A DNA stretch of 63,562 bases, the filler included, from Octopus bimaculoides (lineage: Eukaryota): NCBI RefSeq assembly GCF_001194135.2. It is 8 parts of 8 records of this genome, joined end to end, with 100 filler letters (N's around TTAATTAATTAA, not from the genome) between each part and the next. Parts side by side here need not be neighbours in the genome. Positions count along the whole stretch, not along the records: positions 53,560 to 58,376 come from NC_068996.1; positions 58,477 to 63,562 come from NC_068997.1; 6 more parts are not named here. One strand, written 5' to 3'. Position numbers and translations under genes: made by a program. Below are positions 53,560-63,562 of the stretch, in pieces. Below the pieces are notes generated by a model. That model ran no database searches and was not told where the DNA came from. It worked only from the letters and a program-made list of their open reading frames with translations. Each line of letters starts with the position of its first letter. Within the stretch, counting starts at the first letter, position 1.

Positions 53560-54470
53560 TTGTATGCGGTGGATGGCATTATTTAAAATTCAGGTATTGG
53601 TGTGTATGTGTGTGTTTATAATATATATCTGTGGTAATGGCGGTGTTCTTTTTACCAAATTACCATCTAGAGATGGTAATTTGGTATTGCTCATCTCCTT
53701 TGTAAATTGGATGGATGGGTGTAGGTTGTTCAGGAGGGTGTTGAATTCTTCCAATGTTTTGAGATTTTGTCCAGATTATAAAGCAATCGTCAAGGTATCT
53801 CTTCCATGCTTTTTCAATATACTTCCTAAATTCAGTGTTGTATTTCTCTTCTATTTCCTGGTAAAGTTTTTTTTCTAAGTAACCCATCACCGAATTCGCA
53901 TAAACGGGACCAAACCTCGTTCCCATAGCTGTGCCTTTAATTTGGATATAGTTCTTTCCATTGAAGAAGAAAGTATTATTTTCCAGAATAAGTCTCACTG
54001 AGTCTAATATAAATGTCACTGTGAATCTGTGGGGAATTGCTTCTCTGTGTTTGTCTACCCAGTATTTGATCGCCTTTATTCCTAAATCAGGTGGGATATT
54101 GGTGTACAGGCTTACTACATCAAAGCTTAGTAGGATTGAATTTGTTTCAGTGGTTTTTGGGAAGATGGGATAGAAAGTCGATGTCATCCTGAATGAAGCT
54201 GGGTATGTAGGTACATAGTGGCTTCAAAAGAATGTCAATGAAATTGCTTAGACGGTGAGTAGGGCATGCTGGGCCAGCTATAATTGGTCTAAGTTTTAAA
54301 TCTTTTGGATATAGCACTTTTATGTATTCACTTCCTTGTTCCTTTACTCCCTGTTGAATATCTTCTGACTTATGTATTTTGGGTAAGCCATAAAAGTTAC
54401 TGGGTTTTGGCTCGAAGCTGGTGATGTAGTCTCATAACATCAACTACCTGATTTCTAAACACTACAACTC
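53560..54470 (-). mobile_element. Penelope-like element reverse transcriptase fragment
   Basis: FYGLPKIHKS...LRPIIAGPACPTHRLSNFIDILLKP...SFDVVSLYTNIP...GTAMGTRFGPVYAN...WKRYLDDCFIIW...TDIYYKHTHTHQYLNF..CHP, with frameshifts. Confidence 0.95.
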
Positions 54471-54746
54471 ACTCACTGACAGTGAAAGAGACTACACCAA
54501 TTTCGAGCCAAAACCCAGTAACTTTTATGGCTTATTAACCCTTTATCATTGAAGTTACTCAGTCAAATGTAATACTTATTTATTCAGATTGCTTTAAATT
54601 AAACTTGTTGAAATGACATTGTTGGCTAAGCATGAGAGGCCGCATCTTGTTAGTTTGAACACAAAACAGGTAGAATTTTTGGACCAGATATGACTGGTTT
54701 AAATTCTAAAGATTTAAACCAGGCACTGGCAACATTTGGTTCATGA

Positions 54747-54992
54747 GCTGCAAGTGGTCCATGGGCTGCAAGTGGTCCATGGGCTGCAAGTGGTTCATGG
54801 GCTGCAAGTGGTCCATGGGCTGCAAGTGGTCCATGGGCTGCAAGTGGTCCATGGGCTGCAAATGGTCCATGGGCTGCAAGTGGTCCATGGNNNNNNNNNN
54901 AAGATTTAAACCAGGCACTGGCAACATTTGGTTCATGAGCTGCAAGTGGTCCATGGGCTGCAAGTGGTCCATGGGCTGCAAGTGGTCCATGG
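54747..54992. repeat. 18-bp minisatellite
   Basis: Unit GCTGCAAGTGGTCCATGG; the block is repeated on both sides of a 10-N gap. Confidence 0.95.
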
Positions 54993-55361
54993 GCCACAAG
55001 CAGTCCAGGAAACTTCCTGAATTGCATGCCCAATAAAAAAAATTACCTTGAGTTTTTTTCAGTAGTGTGGCTTGTCTGTTGATGAGCCATGTCTCATGCA
55101 CCCCACTGTGGAGGTATGTGGCTTTGTGGTTAGGGTGTTGGACTCTTGATCACAAGATTGTGGTTTCAATTTCTAGACTGGGTTGTGCATTGTATTTCCC
55201 ATTGCTCCAGTCCACTCAGCTGGCAAAAATGAGTAACCCTGCGACAGACTGGTGTCCCTTCCAGGTGGGGAATATATACACCATGGAAACCAGGAAACTG
55301 GCCCTTTTGAGTTAGTATGACTCAAGAAGAAAACTTTTCCTTTACTTCACATGCAACTCAC

Positions 55362-55422
55362 TTCTCAGGAAAAAAGTGGCCCACACTGGGCTTAAAAATA
55401 TTTGTCAACTTGTTACTTAATC
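55362..55422 (-). CDS. Weak candidate exon, possibly from the same gene as 50301-50377
   Basis: Acceptor ggtttCAG and donor AA|GTGAGT; only one open frame, (G)LSNKLTNIFKPSVGHFFPE. Phase 1 to 2, so it is not directly joinable to the LRR exon. Confidence 0.25.
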
Positions 55423-56277
55423 CTGAAACCACCTTTGATCCTGCAGACGCACTTATAATTAAAGATATTTTGCAGTTTTGATTGTTCTAGCTTTAACTCA
55501 GATACAGTATATCTAGGACTACATATTATCCAGTGTGTTCTTTTTGGCAATGCATGACTTAAGAGAGATTCAGCTGTTATTTTTAGCAGAATGAGCAACC
55601 ATGTAGAGGTTTCTTCATTGTTTTGCTTATGTCAAAGTTTAATGTGATGGAATTCTTAATTTACAGCAAGTTCATAAATTTCATTCTCCTGAACAGTTTT
55701 ATTGCTTTAAACTATTTTTTTGAAAAACATTTCTCTTTTGATTATCTACAAGTTTTTTTTTTTCTCCATCCAATGAAGTGAGAAGCTGTACAAGAGACTT
55801 TCAAATACATTGTCAGTATGCTTCGATTAATTTTGAAAAATAATCAACAATGTGGAGAAATTTAACAAAATAGCTAACGTTGTGATGATAAAATTATCTG
55901 TTAGGAAATATAACTTAACATTAGATTCTTACACAAAATTATAATATAAATTTGTTTTGAGTGTTTTTTTTTTTGTTTATTTGTCTGTTTTTTTATTTGA
56001 ATATGAGAAATTTAAAATGAGATGTTTTATACCTTCTGTGATATTTGGTCTTGAACAGGGGTTGGAATTGAAAGGGTTAAAAGAACTCCCTACCAAGTGA
56101 AAATATTCATGTGAAAGACATTTCTCTTTTAATTCCTCTTGAACTACGGAAAGAATTTTCAGATAACCACGAGTAAAAGTTCTGTAACTGTCATAAAATA
56201 GGAATATGTTATTTGATTTGTAATGAGAGAAAATACATCCGTTTTATCTTTTTTTTTTTATTCTCAGGTACGATTGT

Positions 56278-56450
56278 GTGGTAAGAAGTTTGCTTCTCAA
56301 CAACACAGATCCAGGTTCAGTCCCACTGTGTGGCACCTTGAGTGAGTTCCTTCTCCTATAGCCTTAGGCTAACCAAAGCTGTGTGAGTGGATTTGGTAAA
56401 TGAAAAGAGAAAGAAGCCTGCTGTGTATGTATGTGTATGTGTGTGACCGC
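56278..56450 (+). mobile_element. SINE family B 5' part
   Basis: GTGTGGTAAGAAG..GGTTCAGTCCCACTG.GTGGCACCTTG..GTGAGTGGATTTGGTA. Confidence 0.75.
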
Positions 56451-56506
56451 GTGTGCATCGTTGGCGATTTTCTTTCTCCGTCTTCCCTTCTTTGGACTTT
56501 TCCTAT

Positions 56507-56541
56507 ATTTCTGACGAAGATCTCCGATCGAAACGTTAAGT
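56507..56541 (+). ncRNA. Minimal type I hammerhead with canonical CUGACGA/GAAA core
   Basis: ATTT-CTGACGA-A-GATC(TCC)GATC-GAAACGTT-AAGT; stem II covaries (T-A for G-C) relative to the 5031 and 16001 copies; stem I is only 4 bp. Confidence 0.65.
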
Positions 56542-56676
56542 CCTCTTTCTTTTCTTTCCTTTCCTGAGCGTCCAATAACACTACTTATTCCACGTCCTTG
56601 CATTGATTTTTCGTGTTTTTTCGTTGTTTTTCTTTCTTGTTTATGTTGAAATTGACTATATATATATATATATATA

Positions 56677-56769
<93 letters not shown>

Positions 56770-56799
56770 CAGACCATCAGATGCTGTCATACACCACTG

Positions 56800-57100
56800 G
56801 TTACAATACATTTCCAATTTTGTCTTGATTGCTCCATTCTTTTCCATTTTGACCCAAATTGTTTGACCAAATTGTCTGGAAGCCTTTCATGTGGCCCTTC
56901 TCAAACCCTTGGATATCACTCAGTAATAGCACAGGTCAACCTGATTTTTGTGAATCTCACAACATGTCTGACCCAGCAGAACTTGTGCTTCCAGTACTCA
57001 GTAATTACATATTTCACTCCACTCAAATTATTTCATTTCAAATGGACTCTCTTAGCGATATTTGTAGCTTTGAGTCAGACAATTGAAAACATGTGACTGA
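56800..57100 (-). mobile_element. RTE LINE C-terminal remnant
   Basis: KHKFCWVRHVVR...ITE*YPR..EGPHERLPD...WKRMEQSRQNW resembles the RTE W.GHV.R...PRGRP...W...AQDR..W pattern. Confidence 0.65.
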
Positions 57101-57114
57101 AAATCATATGAACA

Positions 57115-57527
57115 AAAATGTAGAGGCTATACCTGGATTCTCAAAACTACACACTATCCAAAAAATAGTCATGCTAGGAACAACTCACATCCCATGCAAG
57201 ACACTATCAATGCAATAATACAACCTAGGAAAAACAACCCACAAATACAAGACACACTCTATACAGCATTTACCCAGTGAAATAAACTCCCTCCAACAGG
57301 CTAGAAAAACAATGCATTACACACTCAACACACAATTCAAGCAGTAACACAACAAAAGACAGCACTACATCTCAAGGAAAATAAGAAACACAATACAGTA
57401 CCGGGAAGAGTTTGCACACTCCCAACAGCAGAAAAGAACACAGAATGCTGTACACACCCCAGCAACATAGAGGTGTAGCAGTAGAGACTTGCCTCAGTCT
57501 ACCAAATATTGAACAGTTATATAATAA
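57115..57527 (+). mobile_element. R4/Dong-like LINE extreme 3' end and UTR, ending in (TAA)n
   Basis: IPGFSKLHTIQKIVMLGTTHIPCKTLSM*. Confidence 0.65.
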
Positions 57528-57529
57528 TA

Positions 57530-57680
57530 ATCCTTTCTACTATAGGCACAAGGCCTGAAATTTTGGGGGAGGGGGATAATTGCTTAAATCAACCCCAGTG
57601 ATCAAATGGTGTTTATTTTATCGACCTTGAAAAGATGAAAGGAAAGTCAACCTCAGTGGAATTTGAACCCGGAATGTAAA
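57530..57680 (-). mobile_element. SINE A, CpG-decayed copy (another SINE A half at 62080-62190, -)
   Basis: CTGAGGTTGAC in place of the CCGAGGTCGAC seen in other copies. Confidence 0.8.
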
Positions 57681-57954
57681 GTGTCAAATGATTTTGTTTG
57701 ACATCATCACTGTTTTTTGCCATCTTTTAATGGTGATAACAAGAACAACAATGACAGCAACAGCAACAACAATAACAACAACAGCAACAGCCACAACAAT
57801 AATAATAAAAATTGTTTTCAATTTAAGTACAAGGTCAAGAATTTTAGATGTGGGGAAGTTAGTTGATACCATAGTAATAACAACAACAACAATAATAAAA
57901 ATAATAATAAACCACATAGTACGCCCCAATGACAAGCAAGAACATGTATGATAA

Positions 57955-58300
57955 TAGACATGTCCCAGGGACAACAGGATCAACGTGAAAGAAGAAGAAA
58001 AAATAAACATCTATGACAATTTGAAGTGGGAAATACGAAGGTTGTGGTCAATGAAGAGAGTGGACCTGATACCAATAGTAATTGGTGCACTTGGAAGTAT
58101 CAGCACTCAACTAGCAACATGGCTGAAAAAGATTGGTGCAAGTGGGAAGGTAGAACACCTACAAAAGTCAGCATTGCTTGGAACTGCAAGAATTCTTAGC
58201 AGAGTTCTTGAAGCATGACCAGTAAAACAAGTGTCACCTTAGTCTGCTGGCTGTGGGCAGCTGGCACTTTCCATCATATCCAGTAAAATAAGCTGAGAGT
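57955..58300 (+). mobile_element. R4/Dong-like LINE RLE and 3' end, followed by (TAA)n
   Basis: CPRDNRINVKEEEKINIYDNLKWEIRRLW...IPIVIGALG...LQKSALLGTARILSRVLEA*. Confidence 0.9.
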
Positions 58301-58304
58301 TTTC

Positions 58305-58349
<45 letters not shown>

Positions 58350-58534
58350 TAACAATAATAATAATAATAATAATAANNNNNNNNNNNNNNNNNNNNNNNN
58401 NNNNNNNNNNNNNNNNNNNNTTAATTAATTAANNNNNNNNNNNNNNNNNNNNNNNNNNNNNNNNNNNNNNNNNNNNTATATATATATATATACATGCAGC
58501 AGTGCATACCTATATTCTTAGAAATTCACGTGTC

Positions 58535-58568
<34 letters not shown>

Positions 58569-59106
58569 CTTACACACGTACCCACACACATACTCACTCA
58601 CACACACAGAAACACAAACACACACACATATATGCGTATGTGTGTACGTGTGTTTACATATACACACAGATAGAAAGAAATATGTTGGCAGTAAGAATTC
58701 TTTTAAAATAATAAAATAAATAGAATAAAATGTGCATTAATAATAATAATAATAATGATAACAATGCTACTAATAATATTAATCATATTGATAATAAAAC
58801 TAATAAGAATATTGTAAAAAAATTAATATCGGCATCATCTTCGCGATCTTCGATTATGGAAGGTTAAAGAATTAGTGAATCTTACAAATAGTATCAGCCA
58901 CTTCCGATACATAACCCCCTCAACCTTCATTTCCTGTTATTTTTGCAGGTTCTTTTCAAGAATCACTTTTCAAGCATCACTTTCACACTTCCATTAAAAA
59001 AAAAAATATACATACAATAAATTTGATAAAAAAAAAATGAACACTTTGAAAAAAATATTGAAAGATATCACCACCACAATCACCACCATCGCCACCAATA
59101 ATAATA

Positions 59107-59209
<103 letters not shown>

Positions 59210-60993
59210 TGATAATAATAATAATAATAATAAAAGAGTTAGAAGAAAATTGTTGATAAAAATACAACAAAATATAAAAAAAAGACCAGTAAAATTCCTG
59301 TTATGAAAATGGCTGCTCAATTATCTAGTTTTGTTGTTGATGTTGGTGGCATTGTTATCTCCGCTCTCACTGTTGTTGTGGTTTGCACTGCTGTTGCTGT
59401 TGTTGTTGTTGTTGCTGTCGATGTTTGTGTTTCTGGTAATACAATTTTTGTTGTTGTTTTAATTCTTGGTGTTATCCATGTATGGTTGTCTATGTTGTTA
59501 TTGTAATCGTTAATGTTGGTGCTTGCGTATTTGGGGTGTGTGCGTTTGTGTTTGTATGTGTGTGCGTGTGTATGAAATGCATGGTGTATAAGGACGTTGC
59601 TATTAATATACTTCTGATTTTGGTGTTTGTGTGTTACTTTTGTTGTTGTTAGTTCTCATACTTTTGTTGTTTGTAATGTCGGTGTTGCTGTTCTTGTTTT
59701 TCTTGTTTATTTTTACGAGTGGTGTTAATGTTTTTAGAAGTGATGCATATTCATTCTTTTTACTGTTGTTAAAGCTGTTGTCACTAGTATTATTGTTTAG
59801 TTTTCACACTGATGCATTTGTTGTGTAACTCCATGGCGGCCATGACTGATTATACTCATATTCAAAGACATTCCATCTATGGCCATCCAAGCACTCTTTA
59901 TCCAAAGCCATAAAATAAAATTGGTCATTTCTTTTCTAAAACAGTACAATATAATACAATGACAATATGGCTGCTACTTTTAACAAGTCAAGTTCCCTCT
60001 TTCAGTTTTATTGTTGCTATGGTTGTTTACGTTTGGCTGTAATTTTGTCATAATTGGCGTTACTTAATCCTAAATCAATCATAATCGAACCGATCAAAAA
60101 TCGAATGCCTTTCAGCGCCAAACGTTATACCATTCATCTTCAGCCATCGTGTATGTATGACATTATTCAGTCTGTCACTTCATTTTTTTTTGTAAGACAG
60201 TAGCATGTTGTTTGAAAAGGATTTAGCTGGTATTTCTAGCAAGCGAAGCGATTTTGTAGTAGAAGTCTAGTTTGCTAATAAAACTGGTTTGCACATTTTT
60301 CATGGCTGTGTCACAACCGTTGTTGTGAATTCGCATGGATTTATGGCTGGTGTCATTGTGTTCTTAATAGTGGAGATTGGTATCTGTTTTGGTGGTTGAT
60401 TTTCATATTTCATAGTATTGCTTTCTTGTCTACGTAGTGTGTGAGTATGGTCTGCTTTCAAATTCTTATGATGCGCATTGCTCTTATTCATATTTCTTAT
60501 TTTTGTAGAGTGATCAATGGTTCGAACATGATTACCGTTATCAAAGATAGGTCTAATATAGCTTGCATACTACTGTATTGCTATGTCTTTGTATGTTATC
60601 TGTGTTTCTAACTAGTGTTATCATTTTTATCATGTCTTCTATTAAGTGTGAAATTTGTGCACACAGACAAACAGTTTTTATAGTTACGATTTATTTGCTC
60701 CGGTATTTTGTTGTTTAGCTTCGTATTAACTACAACGTGTGTACGGAAAACGATTTGATAAACTGCTTTTTTTTTCATCTAACAAGATTACTGTTGAAGT
60801 GTGAGATATAAGCTTAATTCTGAGAATATATAATATATATTTATTTAATATGTAACTCTTTGTTTCGTTTATTTGTGTCACACTGTCTACAATCGTTATA
60901 TGAATCTTTTAAGTGCACTCGTAAACTTTTGCACGAAAATTCTGATGAATTTACTCACAGTTGAACACACACACACACACACACAAGTACAAG

Positions 60994-61064
<71 letters not shown>

Positions 61065-61530
61065 TAGTGGCAAGCAGAAATATTTCATCGATATGAAAAT
61101 AATATTTCTTTGTGCAAGAGTTTAAAAGAGACGTTCAATGAAATTGAAAGTATTCCAATTTCAGAGTGATAGTATATAAACTCTTAGATATAATCTGTTA
61201 ATCAGGAAGACATCTGGGAAACACTTTGCGGTCCATATATTACGATAAACGTACACATTATGTGTCTGTGTGTGCATGCATGAGTAAACATTTATTTGGA
61301 AACGAACAAGTGTGTGAGCTGTCAGTACTAATAAACAAATCAGTATAATTTTTTGGCAACTGAAACATCACGCATCGTTTCTCTTGGTATGTCATTGATG
61401 CTACAGAAACGATTATGAAAAATTATGCATTAACTATTTTTGTATAAACAATTGCAGCGTGGAAGGTGTTTATAAGCCATTTAAAAAGCACACAAAAACC
61501 GTTAGATTTACTTCAACATTTAAATTTAAT

Positions 61531-61579
61531 TTGTCAAAACATTTTCGTCGCTTTGAAACCGCGACTTGTTCAGTGACAA
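61531..61579 (-). ncRNA. Mirror hammerhead motif on the opposite arm (C3/C8 mismatch, probably inactive)
   Basis: TTGTCA-CTGAACA-A-GTCGC(GGTTTCAAA)GCGAC-GAA-AATGTT-T-TGACAA. Confidence 0.5.
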
Positions 61580-61599
61580 GATACCGTGCAGCACGGAAT

Positions 61600-61650
61600 T
61601 TTGTTAGTGAACAGGTCGCGGTTTCAAAGCGACGAAAATATTTTGACAAA
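61600..61650 (+). ncRNA. Minimal type I hammerhead, G3-C8 core variant
   Basis: TTTGTTA-GTGAACA-G-GTCGC(GGTTTCAAA)GCGAC-GAA-AATATT-T-TGACAAA: stem I 7 bp, stem II 5 bp, palindromic stem III AATATT. Confidence 0.6.
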
Positions 61651-63562
61651 TTAAATTTAAATGTTGAAGTGAATCTAACNNNNNNNNNNNNNNNNNNNNN
61701 NNNNNNNNNNNNNNNNNNNNNNNNNNNNNNNNNNNNNNNNNNNNNNNNNNNNNNNNNNNNNNNNNNNNNNNNNNNNNNNNNNNNNNNNNNNNNNNNNNNN
61801 NNNNNNNNNNNNNNNNNNNNNNNNNNNNNNNNNNNNNNNNNNNNNNNNNNNNNNNNNNNNNNNNNNNNNNNNNNNNNNNNNNNNNNNNNNNNNNNNNNNN
61901 NNNNNNNNNNNNNNNNNNNNNNNNNNNNNNNNNNNNNNNNNNNNNNNNNNNNNNNNNNNNNNNNNNNNNNNNNNNNNNNNNNNNNNNNNNNNNNNNNNNN
62001 NNNNNNNNNNNNNNNNNNNNNNNNNNNNNNNNNNNNNNNNNNNNNNNNNNNNNNNNNNNNNNNNNNNNNNNNNNNNNNAAAGGCAAAGTCGACCACGACG
62101 GAATTTGAACTCAGAACATAAAGACAGATAAAATAGCTGGTAGGCATTATCGCCCCGGCGTGCTAACGTTTCTGTCAGCTCGCCGCCATTACGAAAAACG
62201 TATATTGTTTTAAAAAATAAAACAGATGCGACAAGAATTCTATAATATATTATTAGGATGTACAAAGCTGCAAAATAAATAATTTGAAGGGAATAATTGC
62301 CAAACACATTTTTTAGTGAAATCCATGGAAAGAATGAATAAATTTTCACTCAATCTAAAGTTTTTACGGAAATTTGAACAAAAACTGCCATGGACACATC
62401 AAGAAAGATGGTTTGAAATCCAGCGAACATGTTTCTTTTAAAAGCAAATCTGTCACAAAAGCATTTTTCTCGGTATGTGTATAAACAGTGTGACCTGTAA
62501 TTTTTTGTCGTTAGCACAGTACAAAATATCAGAAGTTCTGAAAGGCAATTATCTTAAAGGGCCCCATTGTTTGAGAACAATGCAATTACTACTAAACATA
62601 TCATTGTTTCGGAGATCTTGGAAGATGGAATAGCTAACTGGAAATTTTTTCCACAAAAATAACTTAATTTGATGTAATTTTTATTGAAAATGGTATACCT
62701 TTGAAAATGGTATACCTTTGACTTGCCGGGAAATGAAAAACTAGTTCAACATTTAAACTGAGCATATCATCGAATCATAAGTTATTTTCCTGTCTATTCC
62801 TGTCTGTGGGTGTTAAGCTAGTTGCGTATTGAATGCTGTCTGTTAGGTTACTGTTAGATGAGACATTTATTGTAATAATGAGATGCAGTGATAAACACAT
62901 ACAAACACACAAATTCGTGACATACATATATACATACATACCCCCACCATATATATATATATATACAGTGAGAAACAGAGAGTGAGATAAATGATACATA
63001 AACAGACAGACAAATAGACAAGTAGACAGATGGATAAGGAGATAAATATGGATGCGTAAGTAGCAATATCTTCCTAAACTCAAAATATGGCAGATAAACC
63101 GAAGAGTTACACTTTGAACGATGCAGGACGGAAATTAGTCCACTTAGTAAGAGATAACTAAATGTATATCTATCTATATACAGTATATGTGTGTTATTGT
63201 GGGTAAGTGTGTGTGTGTGTGTGTGTATCTGTGTGTGTGTGTGTGTGTGTGTGTCTGTATCTGTGTGTCTGCGTACACACACCTGACTTTTATTAACAGC
63301 AAGTATATAAATGTGTATATATATATACTGTTTTACTCTTTTACTTGTTTCAGTCTTTTGACTGTGGCCATGCTGGAGCACCGCCTTTTAGTCGAGCAAA
63401 TCGACCCCAGGACTTATTCTTTAGAAGCCTAGTACTTATTCTATCGATCTATTTTGCCGAACCGCTAAGTTACGGGGACATAAACACACCAGCATCGGTC
63501 GTCAAGCGATGTTGGGGGGACAAACACACACATACAAATATATATATATATATATATATATA

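Larger units (their letters stand above)
61453..61679. mobile_element. Palindromic (foldback) non-autonomous element, probably Penelope-pLTR derived
   Basis: 79-bp inverted arms at 61501-61579 and 61601-61679 around a CCGTGC-A-GCACGG centre; the right end is lost in the gap. Confidence 0.85.

Noticed and set aside
54701-54992. Duplicated AAGATTTAAACCAGG...18-mer block and the HGPLAA / MGCKWS repeat ORFs
   Set aside because: The two blocks flank a 10-N gap, typical of an unmerged contig overlap; the peptides are minisatellite translations.
62684-62719. 18-bp tandem duplication TGAAAATGGTATACCTTT as a TSD footprint
   Set aside because: No element lies between the copies; most simply a local slippage duplication.

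Overview
This is AT-rich animal genomic DNA packed with microsatellites, not a prokaryotic region. The SINE families, microsatellite load and RTE/R4/Penelope content resemble an octopus or other coleoid cephalopod; that assignment is an inference, not a database result. The window is stitched from eight pieces, joined by 100-bp gaps that each contain an artificial TTAATTAATTAA six-frame-stop spacer, so order and orientation across those joins are uncertain. Host coding sequence is sparse. Three phase-compatible exons encode the N-terminal stem of an outer-arm axonemal dynein heavy chain (DNAH5/DNAH8 type, + strand, 29129-32712). There is also a candidate minus-strand LRR exon (50301-50377) and three weaker orphan exon candidates. 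Most other recognisable sequence is transposon debris: at least five tRNA-SINE families, eight R4/Dong-like RLE LINE fragments (seven next to (TAA)n tracts), RTE and Penelope-like retroelement fragments, mariner/Tc1/hAT remnants and several MITEs. Almost all ORFs in the supplied track are microsatellite or N-gap artefacts. The most notable unannotated signal is a set of seven hammerhead-ribozyme motifs plus one partial copy. One is a complete type I hammerhead with a U3-A8 core and GUC site at the tip of a ~147-nt rod (6171-6317). Three are related minimal hammerheads with covarying stems. A 179-bp palindrome carries one motif on each strand, and the + strand copy has a G3-C8 core. All folds were done by eye and none has been tested.
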